From NCBI GenBank assembly GCA_040285855.1, contig JAUFOQ010000018.1, forward strand, positions 62,001-126,000: a stretch of DNA of 64,000 nt. The letters are read 5' to 3'. Both the position numbers and the translations under genes were made by a program. This stretch comes from Eukaryota sp. GEM-RC1 (taxonomy: Eukaryota). This document shows positions 37,714-50,435 of this stretch, piece by piece; within the stretch, counting starts at the first letter, position 1; every line of letters starts with the position of its first letter. The notes under the pieces are model-generated. The model did not search any database. It saw only the letters and a list, made by a program, of their open reading frames with translations, and was not told the origin of the DNA.

Positions 37714-38134
37714 TTATTGAGTGAGTGAAAAGAATTAGTGAGGTGGTAAATTATCCAAACGAACTGAAAAGCACAGTATAATATATTAGTTCATTTCTTC
37801 CCTTCAAAAACCTTCTTACCACCATCTATATAGAGATTGCATCGTTTATCCAGTATACCAAATTAGGTACAGCGCTTCGATTAACCCTCAAAATCGAAAG
37901 CATATTCTAAATTAATTAGTTTAGATATAAGCATACATTTAATTGAATTAATGGTGATGTTACTGGAAAACTTTTGCAGAAAGATTTTCCATCAAAGATA
38001 GCCATTAAACTTTTTCAGTGTAGAATTTGAATCTTATATTAAATCAGTTCTTAATTGCGAATCGCAATTTCCAGAATTAAATTACTTTCGCATTTATCTT
38101 AGTGGTATTGGTTTGTTAAGAATATATATCTCTA

Positions 38135-39440
38135 GTTTGTGAGAAAACAAAATGAAAAAAATATTGGTCACTATAAGTCAAGAAGAGATTCTGAGTAGCT
38201 AAAATTACTTTTTCCACTGAGTAGAATCACTAAAAGACAGACATTTTAAAAAATTAGAAATAAAAAACAAATAAAACATAAAAGTACTCTCGAAATTACT
38301 CATTTCATGTAAAAAGTTCAAGGTTAAATTTAAAGTTCCTATTAAAGTTAAGTAGATACTCCCATAAAATACAAAACACGGTACCAACTACCTAAGAATA
38401 TATCAAATTGCAAAAATTATGAATATTTCTAGATTTGGAGACATTTGTTTTAGAAATACCTATATTATCTAAAGATCAATTCAAAGAAAGAATCTGGTTC
38501 TAAAACAATCAGAGTGGTTCTCAATCAATACTTGATTGGTGTGATTGCTAGAAGAGATCATGGTGAGTAGAACAGTGCAGAGATACCTTTGTGGGAGAGA
38601 AGATAAGAATTACAGAGAGAAGAAGTATGGTAGAAGATAACAGCAACAAAAGAGCAACGAACAACGAGCAAGAATTTGATCCAATAAGATACACTAGAAA
38701 CCATCACGTGATTCTCAGTCATTAGATTGTTAGAAGAGATCATGGAGGTTGGGAATATGAGAGAGAACCTGGGAAAGAGGAAGACTTACGTAGATGAGAA
38801 GAGAAGCATTAGAAACGAAAAGCAAGGAACACAAGGAGGATTGTTGGAGATCGAACACGAAGCAAGACAGAAGATGAAGAAGTTTTGATAGAAGAAACGG
38901 CGAGCAAACACTTCCCCCTCAATCCCCTTTAGTTATGAGAGTATATCTTAGAATTTGGCTCATGTCTTCGCCTTTCAAGTTCAAGATGTATTGGCAATGT
39001 CACATTCTAGGCATTGAAGCGAAGCAAAAGTTTCTACGAAAGGGTAACGGGGAGAGCGTCGTTTTCTCTCCTTTTCTAAGAAGAAATTGGAGGGGGAGGA
39101 GAATGTGGATCTTCTGTTCTTGGCAACTCTTCATTATTACTCACTGCTGGAGGATCCCTCTCCACCTCTATTGATGTATAATGTCTTCTTTTGTTGTGGT
39201 CTTCTCTATCAATAAACTTCATTGGATTGAATTTCTACAATACGAAACATTATCATGTGAGACTAATTTTCTTTTGAGAATGTGAATTTTGACCAATGTA
39301 ATTGCATCAAGAAGGGATTCCTGAAAGGTTAATGTATAAATTATGTACGGTTTTGTATATATAACTACAAAATCATGGACACTTTTGTTTCTCTCAAATT
39401 GTTATGATGTTAGATGTGGAAACGTAGTCAACGAGGTGCT
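38135..39440 (+). repeat. Unclassified dispersed repeat, copy C (left half only; IR 38184-38232)
   Basis: Similar to the left halves of A and B; its 39.1-39.44 kb part matches copy F. Confidence 0.8.
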
Positions 39441-39471
39441 GATTGTCTATCTTGCTCACGTCATTAACGAG

Positions 39472-42400
39472 ATCTATGATAATCAGAAAGTTCGTAACAT
39501 ACATGATTAGACTTTATTGTATATTGATTTTGATAGCAGTGATTAAAATTAACATTGAAACTAGAAACTGCAAGACCTTTATGGTTATTTGATTACGTGA
39601 TCATTGACTCAACTAACACATGGAAATCAACGACCATTATTGAACTGGTATTTTTCTCGTAATTGTGTCACAACTAGGATGTCATTGTGTAAGTTTTTAT
39701 TTAGATAATATTGTTCACGATAAAACAGTCAATTCACTGCTACTTACCATTTACCACCTTGTTGTGAGTGAAGTATCACTTAGAGGTGAGAATTACTCGA
39801 GTAATACTCATTGTTTCGATATAGTGAGTATTAGTTTTAAGGCATACTCAGGGTTTATTACTTCTTGCTCTACTTGAGTAATGACTCAATAGTACTCGAG
39901 TACAGAGATTTCTTACCGCTAGTATCTGCCAGTACACTGCTTGGTTATCAGGGAACTGCTTCATACTGTTAAGCTGTTGACCAGTCACATTGTTTTTGAA
40001 CAGCGATGCCAAGTAGTCATTGCAGGTTATGTTATAAAAGCTCCTGTTATGTGGGTCTGCTTTTAATCTCAGTGAAACGAAATTTAAAATGATCTTCCAT
40101 TGTACGTGGCATTGTTTTAGCTACTTTGGGTTCAAAAATAAGTGAATTAAATCCATTTATCCTCTATATTGTATTTCAGAATGTTCATCCGAATTGATTT
40201 CTGCTTTACATACTAGTAATAACCTTTGCATTCATTTTAGACTGGTGTATTCAAAAGAACACTCACTTTTCTTGACCTTGATAGTTAGTTTTCATTTTTG
40301 TCAGTGTACTAACGAAACTACATACGGAGATCTTCCAATCCGCATAGGTGGTTTTGTAATGACAGTTGTATAAACAAATTGTCAGATTTAAGAAAAAATT
40401 TTGTAATATTTGGGAATAATTCTAAGGAATTTTATTATTTGCAAAAACTCTGTTCATTGATCAAAAATTGGATTCTTAGACTTGTTTATATTCCCTAATG
40501 TCGTAGATAAAAATTGCAACCCAATTCGATTGATAATTAAACAGGAGCAAATCAGAAAGATGGTTTACTTTGTTATTGAAGGAACGTAGTATAACACCAA
40601 AATAATGATGATGTCACCAATAACAGTTAGCACAATTTTCTAAAAATTGAATGTTGATAGCAAGACTCATCCAATTACTAAAACCGTTTTATTATTATTT
40701 CATTACATTCTAGTAGTAGTGTGCTGTATTTAAAGCTAATACTATAAAAGTGGCTGATGTGTTGTTACTGTCAGTGCTTAAAATAACGGATCTCTGCGAT
40801 AATGAACTTGAAAACACGAATTGTGTCAGCTAAATTTTTCATTCTATGACCCTTCGAGTACAGGAACCAAATTCAAAACCATCTTTGGCACAATGATTGA
40901 AGGCATACTTTACAGAACTTGATATTGAAACAGTTCAGGTTCAAAACTTCCTCAGCAAATCGTCAGAAAAAGATACAGATGATGTTGAAGTATGGAAAAT
41001 TAGATGTGGTGTTTTTTGTACTAGATGTTCCAATATCTCATCGTATGTTGTATTGGAACATGTTGATTGGACAACGGAAACCTGGCAGTTGCTTAGAGAA
41101 GCAGACTCAAATCAAGATATCTTAAGATTCTTTATTCAAGCAAGACGAAGCGTTACTACTCTTTGGACTAGGTTAGGGAAGGTCTGCCCTTTTCAGTGGT
41201 TGACTCTGAGGTGACTGCAACTTATATGTTTCAACACGCTTGTCGACCTCATTAACTATATTAAAGACCATATGTATCTTCAGTTGGAATCTATACTATT
41301 CTCTCTTAACCTCTGTCTTTCTGTTGCCCTTTGAGGTCGAGGTTGACTCCACTGTCTTTGATAGAACGTTTGGCACAGATGCAGTGATAAATTTGGTTGA
41401 ACATTCTATTACAATGGTCAACATTCTGTCGCATGTGAAGATTTTGATACTGTCACTAAGTATTTCCACTTTTTCAGTAAAGAATGTAAAATTAAAAGGG
41501 AAATCTGCAAAAAAGACATCTAATTTCGGCACCGCCAAAAACAGACACCACACGTCCAATGTATTAGTGTCATGACTCATCAGGACCTATGATTGATAAA
41601 ATTCACTTATCTCTTACACATGGTACCAGAGACCAACAGTAATTATTGTGGCCTCTGTAAAGAGTCTCAATGAGTACGTACTCCGGAGCACTTCACTCCT
41701 GGAAACAAACCTAACCCAATCCCTAGTACCGACCTAGGTGAAGCTTCCAGTTCCGTCCCGGCTTCTTCCAATTCTTCCACCGTGGAGAAAGAATTAGGTC
41801 CAGATGGACTCTTCTGGGATGACACTGTCGACTACGACATACATTCAGATGAAGAACCTTCTTCTAATGGAACATCAAATGATTAACCATCTTCCAACTA
41901 AACTCCAAACGAGGAACCACCCTCCAATGGAACGCCCACTCCTAAGTCTAATCCATACAACGGATGGACTTATCGACCTTCGGTTACCCCTTCGCCTATC
42001 CTCATAGTACAGAGGAATACCCCTCCTATTAGGACACCGGTACCCTTTATTCCAAAATTACTTCCTATACCGTTAGGTTTTGTTATGCCTTCTAAAGATC
42101 CACGAGCACCTCCACCTCTACACGCTAAGAGTGCTTGGAGAGAAATATGGAATGTCGATGTGAAAATGTTTGGTTCTATTGATAAGGAGCAATGGAGTCA
42201 CTTCCAAAGACAATCAGTAACTAATGCTGAGGAGTACTGCTTTGTAGAAACAGACCGCTTTCTACTCAAACCAGCCAGAACACTAAAAAGGTATTGGCAA
42301 CGTAAAGCTAACAAGTATATTCCTCTTGACCGAGGTAACGAACATTCATAATAGCAACAATAAACTGTTAGGCTTAATAATGGATAAAACCCGGCCAAAC

Positions 42401-45400
42401 TCCCCTTGTTTCCAGTGGAACAAGCTTATAACATTCTAAGGAACCCACTTCCTAAAAAATCAAGTGAAGGCTATCGAAAAACAAGTAGACAACCTCGGAA
42501 GATATACCACCGTTAATAGCTTCTTTCACAGAAAACCCACGGTGAACACCAATCACTCGGATACCATTCCTCCTTTGGTGGCCAACCCCTCTTACGTGCC
42601 CGGCGGATCTGTTATTTCAAAAAAGCCCCACGCACCGATCATTCCACATGACCACATTCTGGAAGAAGATCATACCGCTACTAGAGTTGCAGCTTTATCA
42701 GTTTCACCTGAACCTGTCACTCCAATTCAGTCTAGCTCTATCAGTCCCAACAATGACCCAATCACGCCGTACTCAGTACTGAAGTTCGCCGATTTTTTGA
42801 TTACCCACTGATTCCTCCAGTGATCTTAATAGGTTGATGAATCCGAAATCCCTTCACAGTCTGGACGACTTAGATGTGATCCTTGATTGGATTGCTGATT
42901 ACATGAGCTTCTGTACCGCTCAGAACGATTACAAACTACCAACGTCTGCACCACTCGGAGATCCTAAATACTTCTTCGATATTGGAAGAATTGCTGCTAA
43001 AGAAGTCGACACCCGCTAAGTCTCTCGACTTATCGCTTACCCGGTTCAACAACAAATGAACTATCTAGAAGCAGCATCTTGGAAGTCCCTCTCTATCTTT
43101 GCGATGTTATTATTCGGCGTATTAATCTCATCAACAAGTCTGTCCAATTCAATAGATGTTAACTTTTGATCCAATAAAAGGTCATGAATAATTATATCAG
43201 AAAACCTTCTAATTGGGGATGTGAAATGACTATAGATATCGAAACCTAAACCATAATGGGAATGTCTATCAGCATCTAACGACCTCCAGTGATGAGCTCT
43301 TCTGCAAAATTAATCTAAGGACTCAGTTCAAAGACATCTTGACCGCAAGAAACAAACTGAACGAAGTCCAGATGAACTGGTCTATTCAAGAACAAATCTA
43401 GACACCCATTTTAATAGAGGGTTCAGAAATAGACAGCGTAAAGATTAAGTCTTCTGCTACATTGGTTCTGTTGTCAACTTTCTTTACTTCTGCTGTTTCC
43501 GATATCAAGTTGCCTCTGCTTGAATCACAATAAACCAGATTTATACATATCTAAACATCTATAGATTAAAGTACATCAACATCAACATCCAACACCCATT
43601 CCTGACGAGAAGCTACTGGCATTAAACCAATTTCGTAGGTCTTACAATATTGTTAGGTGCAAAGTAGTTTCCCAGTGTAATTGTATTTTGTTGTTAATCA
43701 TTTCGTAAAGTGTTTGTGAGAAGAAATTTGTTAAGTGTTTAGAAACGAATTTGGTCCACGTTAAAGACTTTCAGTCTGACACCGGCAAAAGAAAAGCAAA
43801 TTCCAGTTTGTGTGTGTTTAATTCCGAATTCATGCTAAATTTACGGAGGCGATAGTTGGTAGACTATCTTTAGTTTAACGATTTCATACAATTCTCTCTT
43901 TCAAAAACTTCCAATTTGAAGCACTGAACTTATGTTTATGTTTATTCAAACGGTTCAACAATGGTTGAAATCAGTAAGAGATTCTAAGTAGAACAATTTT
44001 CTTCTTCCACATTAGAGAATCACTATAAGTCAAATAATTTGTAAAATATTTACAAGCACCTAAAACTTTACTACAACTAGCTTATTGAAATTCTTTTTGG
44101 AATAATATCTTTTAAATTAATGATAAGGAATTTTTAAAGATAAAATCAGTAAAACTAACTGTCAAGCAATCAATAAAATCAGAATAGGAAAAACTCATCA
44201 CTTTGAAAGACGTGTTTTCAATTTTGATTTACAACATATTTACTAAAATTTCCAAGGCTGTATTTTAGAAAAGAAGTTATCTTTCAATAGAAAATTCCTA
44301 TGACTGACGAAAAGTGCTCCTACAATTTTGAACTAAAATGATAAAAAGAGAAATTGTTCAAATTATAAAACAATTACAATATAAGTCAACAAATTCCATT
44401 TAAAAGAAACAGTATGAATTATCAAAAAATAGCACATTCAAACTGATTAATAACAGAACAATTTACATCTGCAGTTTCTAAGTAAATGTAGAAAATGAAA
44501 TCCCATGATATCACCTAATCATCAATTAACGATGATGACGTAATATGAGCTTAATTAGGACTACAAAGTAATGTTAATCACACGTGAATTATCAGTGATT
44601 GTACCCTCTACTAATTCAATCATAATCATGTCTACCTTCCAAAAGCGTCATTCCGGCAATCGTTGACAGGTAAATACCGTGACAAGAGAGATCACGTGAA
44701 CTGAGGTGACGTGTCACTTTAGGAGTTGAGATCAGTATTAATGAGGCGTTCTTCTTCTTTTAGCAAGAGATAAGATTAAGAAGTCAAGTGAAGTCGTTAG
44801 GTAGATACGACATCTTGACTAGAATGATGGATATCATAACTTAGCAATACTCTCCTTCCCCAGAGGAAGTTTCTTTGATGACGTGATCAGCTTTGGGAAG
44901 ATATAAGAGAAGGAAAGGGATGAGTTCACAAACTACGTGGAGATAGCAGAGGGGTCAGGTCACGTGAGAGAGATCACGTGATCAGCAAGACTGCTGGAGT
45001 AGATCAATAGGTTTGAGAAGCAGAATATAACTTCCATTGTGGGAAAAACGCAAGGGGAGAAGACGTATTAGAGACGTATATGAAGGAGGACAACGAGAAG
45101 CGGAGATCCTATGATGAGTTTCTTTGATATTTTCTTCTACAGCGAGTGGTCTTCATGGGAAGTGATATCCATCAGTAGCGATTTTATTGAAGCTCTGGTC
45201 CTTTTAGAATGGTGATTGTATAGAAACAAAGAGTCATGAATGATTAAGGTGCTAGTAGAGTGAAGTAACGTCCATTCTACAAGAGAGTTGATCACGTGGG
45301 GACAGTTGAAGCTTGAGAGTATTAGATCATGTAGAATGGGAAAGTTCTTGATGACGTAGAGGTTTAAGAACTTTGTCTCTGTTATTTTCCCCAAGTCATT

Positions 45401-46520
45401 CACTTATGCAGGGATTTTAATAGTCAAAAGTTGTTCTCATAGTGAACCGTACGCTGACTTGTGTAGCGATAACGAGATGTTATAGACTTTGACCAATCAA
45501 ATCCATGAAATGTTCAGATGTCGTAGATATAAAAGTAAGAATTTAACTAACATGAGTAGACAAGAGAAATGGAATCGGATGATGTTTATTGAAGGAGAGA
45601 TGAAGCAACTACATGTACAATGTAGAAGATGGGACATTCTCCTCCCCTCCAATTTCTTCTTGGAAAAGAAGGGATAAAACGACGCTCTCCCCGTTACCCT
45701 TCCGTAGAACCTCTTGCTTCGCTTTAACCCGTAGAATGTGACATTTCCTACACTTCTTGTACTTGAAATGCTATGACAAGAGCCAAATGCCTAAGATATA
45801 CTCCCATAACTAAAGGGGGATTGAAGGGGGTTGTGTTTGCTCGCTGTTTCTTCCATCAAAAGCTCTTCTTCTTCTCTCTTGCTTCGTGTCCGATCTCCAA
45901 CAATCTCCCATATGTTCCTTGCTCTTCGTTTCTAATGCTACCTATCCCAACTATTCTGTTCTCAATATATCTAAGTAAGTCGTCCTCTTCCCTGGATACA
46001 TCTCTCATCTTTCCCACCCTCCATGGTCTCTTCTAACAATCAAATGACTGGGAATCACGAGTCAATCCCCAGTTTCTGATCCTTGCTCGTTTGTTGCTCT
46101 TCATCTGTTATTCTTCCTCATCGTCTTTCTGTAAGTCTTTTCTTTTCCGCACAAAGGTATTTCTCACTGTTCTACTCACCATGATCTCTTACAGTAATCA
46201 CCATATCACTGATTGATTAAGTAGTTCATTATTGATTGGCTAGTCTTAGGAGATGAATGTTCTCCAGAGCTGGAAATAGTCATTGTGTTAGCAATTTTAT
46301 ACATATGTATTTTTTGTTATATGTATAGTTTCCACTTAACTTTGACAAGAACTTTTATATTTACTTTGAATTTCTTTTACATCAAATATGTTATTTCGGG
46401 AACAAATTTCAATTGTTCTCTATTTCTAATTTTTTTAAGTGTGTCATTTAGTGATTCTATTCAGTGGAAAAGTAATTTTTACAGCTCAGAATCTCTTTTA
46501 CTTAATTATAGACACTCATT
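39472..46520. repeat. Right arm of the inverted segmental duplication
   Basis: Reverse complement of ~8000-15180; includes the MITE at 39781-39921 and the PBS at 41621-41631. Confidence 0.9.
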
Positions 46521-46600
46521 CTTATTTGTAATTAAAAAAGATTTTACTTTTCATACATCATCTCACAGTGTCTTCTAACGACTCTTTTGCCTACTCTCAT
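43915..46600 (-). repeat. Unclassified dispersed repeat, copy D (IRs 43977-44025 and 46449-46496)
   Basis: Reverse-complement similarity to copies A and B. Confidence 0.85.
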
Positions 46601-46809
46601 ACCATAAACAGATTGTGCCTTTTCGTTGGACAAAATTCAGTATCATTTCTGTATTTACTTCTAAACTCTCCCTAGTAGTTTCTGCTCTTGTTAGATCGTC
46701 AGTTGGTGACGTAGTCAATAAAACAATTAATTAAAAATTATAATGAATTAATTGAATTTTATAATGAATATATTGAAAATTGAAAAGAATTGAAATTGAA
46801 TTTATTAAA

Positions 46810-47726
46810 CTACATCCAAGGATAATCATCATTAGGAACACTATAGCTAATGGTTAATTCTTCCTTTTTTTTTAATTTTATTAAATGATACAATAATTGG
46901 AAATTTAAATTCTTCTGTTGGCCAAAAACAAGTACAATTAGGAGCTCTAGAGTGATTAATAAATTTAGCAGCACTCTTACCCAAGCTGCCATCAATTGCA
47001 TACAATCCAGACTCATCGTCTTTACACACCATTGTGTAAGAGACATGGTCTGGATAATGTTTACGTTGCAAATTAACAGAATAGTCAATTGAATGACGAT
47101 CTGTTAATACAATGCCATCATAGGCACAAATTAGAGTAAATTTTGAAATACTTTTATCGGCAAAGACGCCATGTCCACCAACAGTCGAAGGTAAAAGAGA
47201 CACTGCAACAAAAGTATGTTGAAACAGTGGTTTTAAATCAGAATTTTCTGAAGAATTAATTGAAATGTTCAAGTCATTTAAATAATTAGAATAGGGTTGT
47301 CTAGGAACATTAGCGTGAGGAGCAGGAGTCGAACTCACATTATCATCACCAAGAGACAATAAAGTAGGGGGATCCATGATTGGAAGAGCAGAAAGATTTC
47401 TAATAGATGATTCTGAATTGATTTTTTTGTCTTAAGTCACTGACCGAAGTAACAGTTGTCAAGTGACAAGGAGCAGAAATTAATAGTGGCCAGTCTGAAG
47501 GAGAAAAATTAGAAACGGCAGCCAAACCATCGTGATATTTAAAAATAAAAGCAAATGTTAAATGTTGTAAAGCAACTTTAAACATTGTTCCATAAATTCG
47601 ATTTAAAGGACCAGATCGAATGGTGGCTCTAGCCTTTCGTTCTTTCACTGTTAGTAAAGAAGCAGTGTCATTTAAATTTCTAGATTCATTAATAACATCA
47701 AGAGGAGCAGTATTTTCTTCAATCAT
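46810..47726 (-). CDS. SET-domain lysine methyltransferase-like ORF, broken by frameshifts
   Basis: GHGVFA, AYDG, AIDG, KFINHSRAPNC, and EELTISY after a shift at the T-run at ~46865-46873. The upstream segment is homologous to 57375-57656. Confidence 0.8.
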
Positions 47727-47839
47727 TGAAGAGGAAGTAACTGTTACTCTTTTAAAGGCAGAGTTTGAATTTGTACTAAGAGGCTTTAAAGGTCTTTTTA
47801 CAAGAGAAGTGGGTGAAGAAGTAAACTATGAAATTGTAA

Positions 47840-48710
47840 CAACAAATAAATAATATTAAGATTAAATCCAAACGACTTCATCACCACCCGGTATTTATCA
47901 ACATTAACCTTCACACCAAACGTGTACAATTTCTCAATTAATCTAGAGAAATAGAAAGGCATATTCCGATATATGGAAAACACAATACGGTTTTTCCATT
48001 CAGCCATTCTAAACTTACGCTTCTTTTCTTTACACAGTTCTTCGAAATCCTTGAAAAATTGATCACCAGCAGGACTAATAGATCCAAAAAGAGAAACAGC
48101 AAAAGGTTGAAACACAAATTTGGAATATGAGTTTCTATTGCATTCTTCTACTTGAGAGTCATACTTGGAGTGTTTGAGCTTTTCAGCAGCTGTTAACGGA
48201 TTAAAAGAAGAATCTAATATCCTACTAACACAAGATTTGTTACATACATCTACTGTAGTAAAATCCATTAATGATTGACTCGATTTAAGCCACGGAGTAT
48301 GACGATCCCCTCTTTTTTAATCAGTAAGTTCATGTTCTGAAAGATGATTTAAAACTGGTTCAACTTTAGAGTGAAAACTATGTGCTTTTAACATGGAATA
48401 ACAAGAATCACGTACACCATCATGAATTACTGCACGTAGATGAATAAAATAACGACAATTAATTAAACGATGAAAAACACCATTAGCTCCACAAGAGCAA
48501 GTTGAATAGTTATAAATTTGCAGGCCAAAGAGCCAAACGTATTGATCATCCAAGCTTCATCAGATAGATGTAATCCAAACACCTTAGGAATTTGAGAAAT
48601 AAATCCAGAAGGTCCACTATTTACAAAGGTCAATTAAAAAAGCAGCGAACTCGGGACTATTAGTTTTAGCCAAGCTAATACGATTATTAAAGTCCAAGAG
48701 TTCAAACTCA
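47840..48710 (-). mobile_element. CRE-like non-LTR 3' part (CCHC plus RLE)
   Basis: CSCG...LINC..IHDGVRD, KVEPVL, DFTTVD, AEKLKHSKY, FQPFAVSLFG and WKNRIVFSIY. Confidence 0.85.
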
Positions 48711-48959
48711 TTCTGACAAAATTGAATATTGATAAAGGTTGATATTGTCTTTACTATTACTATTGATTAGTGTTTAATTTGTAATGAGTGTGATTTATAT
48801 TGATGGATTACTAGTATATTTGAACCACACTTCAATCATCAATCAAATTCTTTGTTACTCCTTCTGCTACTACTATTACTTCTTCTTCTTCTATTATTTA
48901 ATTATTTAATTATATATTATATTTATAATATATATGTGAACTAGATAAAATAGAACGAA

Positions 48960-49735
48960 ACCTCAGTTTTGGACTAAAACTTTCCACTGATGGACTGACC
49001 TCAATGGAAATAGCTTCATAAACTTCATTGTTTCTTTACCTGGAGGTAATGTGTTCTGGAAGAGTAAAAATGTGACAGGTTATAAATTGACAAAAAACTT
49101 TATATGGCCACACATTGAATCAGTTCTTCAGGAACCCGGATCACAAAATTTCGTTCAAGTTGTGACTGATAATGGCTCAAATTTTAAAATTGACAAAGAG
49201 TTGGAAACCCAAAAGTCAGCATTTTTTTGGACCAGTTGTGGTTCCCATTGTTTTGATTTACTATTTAAAAAGATGTCTGAAATCAATCCAATTAGAGAAG
49301 TTATCGCAAGTGTAGCCAATGCAATCTCCCTCATCAACAGAAAAAAAGCATTGAAATTACGATTTCAAACATCTTCCGGTGGGTTGCATCTACACAGACC
49401 AAGCTCAACCAGATTTAATACATATTTTATCATGTTGAGCAGAGTCATACGAACAAAGAACGCTGTATTGGAAACCATTATGTCCCACGAGTGGAAAAAC
49501 TGCCTGAATGATCTAGTCCCAAGAGAAACAAATCAAAAATCTCTGATGACGAAATTCAAAATGTTAGTAATTGAATCAAATTTTCCAGTTTGGGATTTCT
49601 TGCAAATTTTTTTTTATTTTGGAAGCCGGTGGTTGAAGCAATCAAGTTCTTTGACACCCAAAAACCGGCACTTTCGAAGGTATTTCCGGTTGTCCGCAAA
49701 ATGATGACAAATATTGAAGAAACTATTCATAACAG
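48960..49735 (+). mobile_element. hAT transposase fragment (DUF659-type)
   Basis: STDG, FINFIV, VQVVTDNGSNFK, FWTSCGSHCFDL and PSSTRF. Confidence 0.8.
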
Positions 49736-50140
49736 TTCAGGTTCAAAGCTTCCTCTGCAAATCGTCAGTAAAAGATACAGATGATGTTGAAGTATGGAAA
49801 AGTTGATGTATTGCTTTTCGTACTAGAAATCCAAACAGCGGTTGTTCTAATCTCTCATCTCAAGTTAATTGGAGAACGGAAACATGGCAGTTACTTAGAG
49901 AAGCGGACTCAAATCAAGATATTTCAAAGTTATTTATGCAAAGCGAAGCGTTACTATTTCTACCTTTCTAAGACTATTCTTGGTGGGATAGGTTCTTAGT
50001 GAAGGTAATTCCCTTTCAGTTGTAGTTGTTGAATCTGAGGAGACTCGTTGATACACCAATCTCCAACCTATATGTTTCAACACGCTTGGCAACCTCTTTG
50101 ACTCTCTTTAGGAACATATGTATCTTCAGTTGGAATCTCT
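49736..50140 (+). repeat. Diverged third copy of the 40935-41300 / 13355-13720 segment
   Basis: Shared GATACAGATGATGTTGAAGTATGGAAAA, GACTCAAATCAAGATAT and TATGTATCTTCAGTTGGAATCT. Confidence 0.7.
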
Positions 50141-50435
50141 ACTTGGGGCTCATTATCGATACTTGGAAAAGCCCGTCCATAAATCTAACTGCATCGGAGC
50201 AAGCAGGTTCCCAAAAATTATATAGGACCTAGCAGAAAGAGTCTGTCCACAACTTACCTTCGTCGTATGGCGGATAAGTGTGATGGCTTGGTACGACAGA
50301 AGTTATTACCTTCAATTTTGTCTTTTGGTGCTGATTTCCATCAAAGGTTATTCAACAAAGATGGCACCTTTACACAATACTATTGTCTCCAGCAATGGCC
50401 TTAACTTCTTCTTAGGTTCAGTGTAGGGTTAGCTC

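Larger units (their letters stand above)
35269..37776 (+). mobile_element. IS630/Tc1/mariner-superfamily element (2508 bp) with a transposase and a convergent second ORF
   Basis: TA flanks (35267-35268, 37777-37778). Imperfect TIR CTGAGGTTTTCATTTTGAGTGGGTA vs CTGTGCTTTTCAGTTCGTTTGGATA (18/25), lying just outside the two gene starts. Confidence 0.8.
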
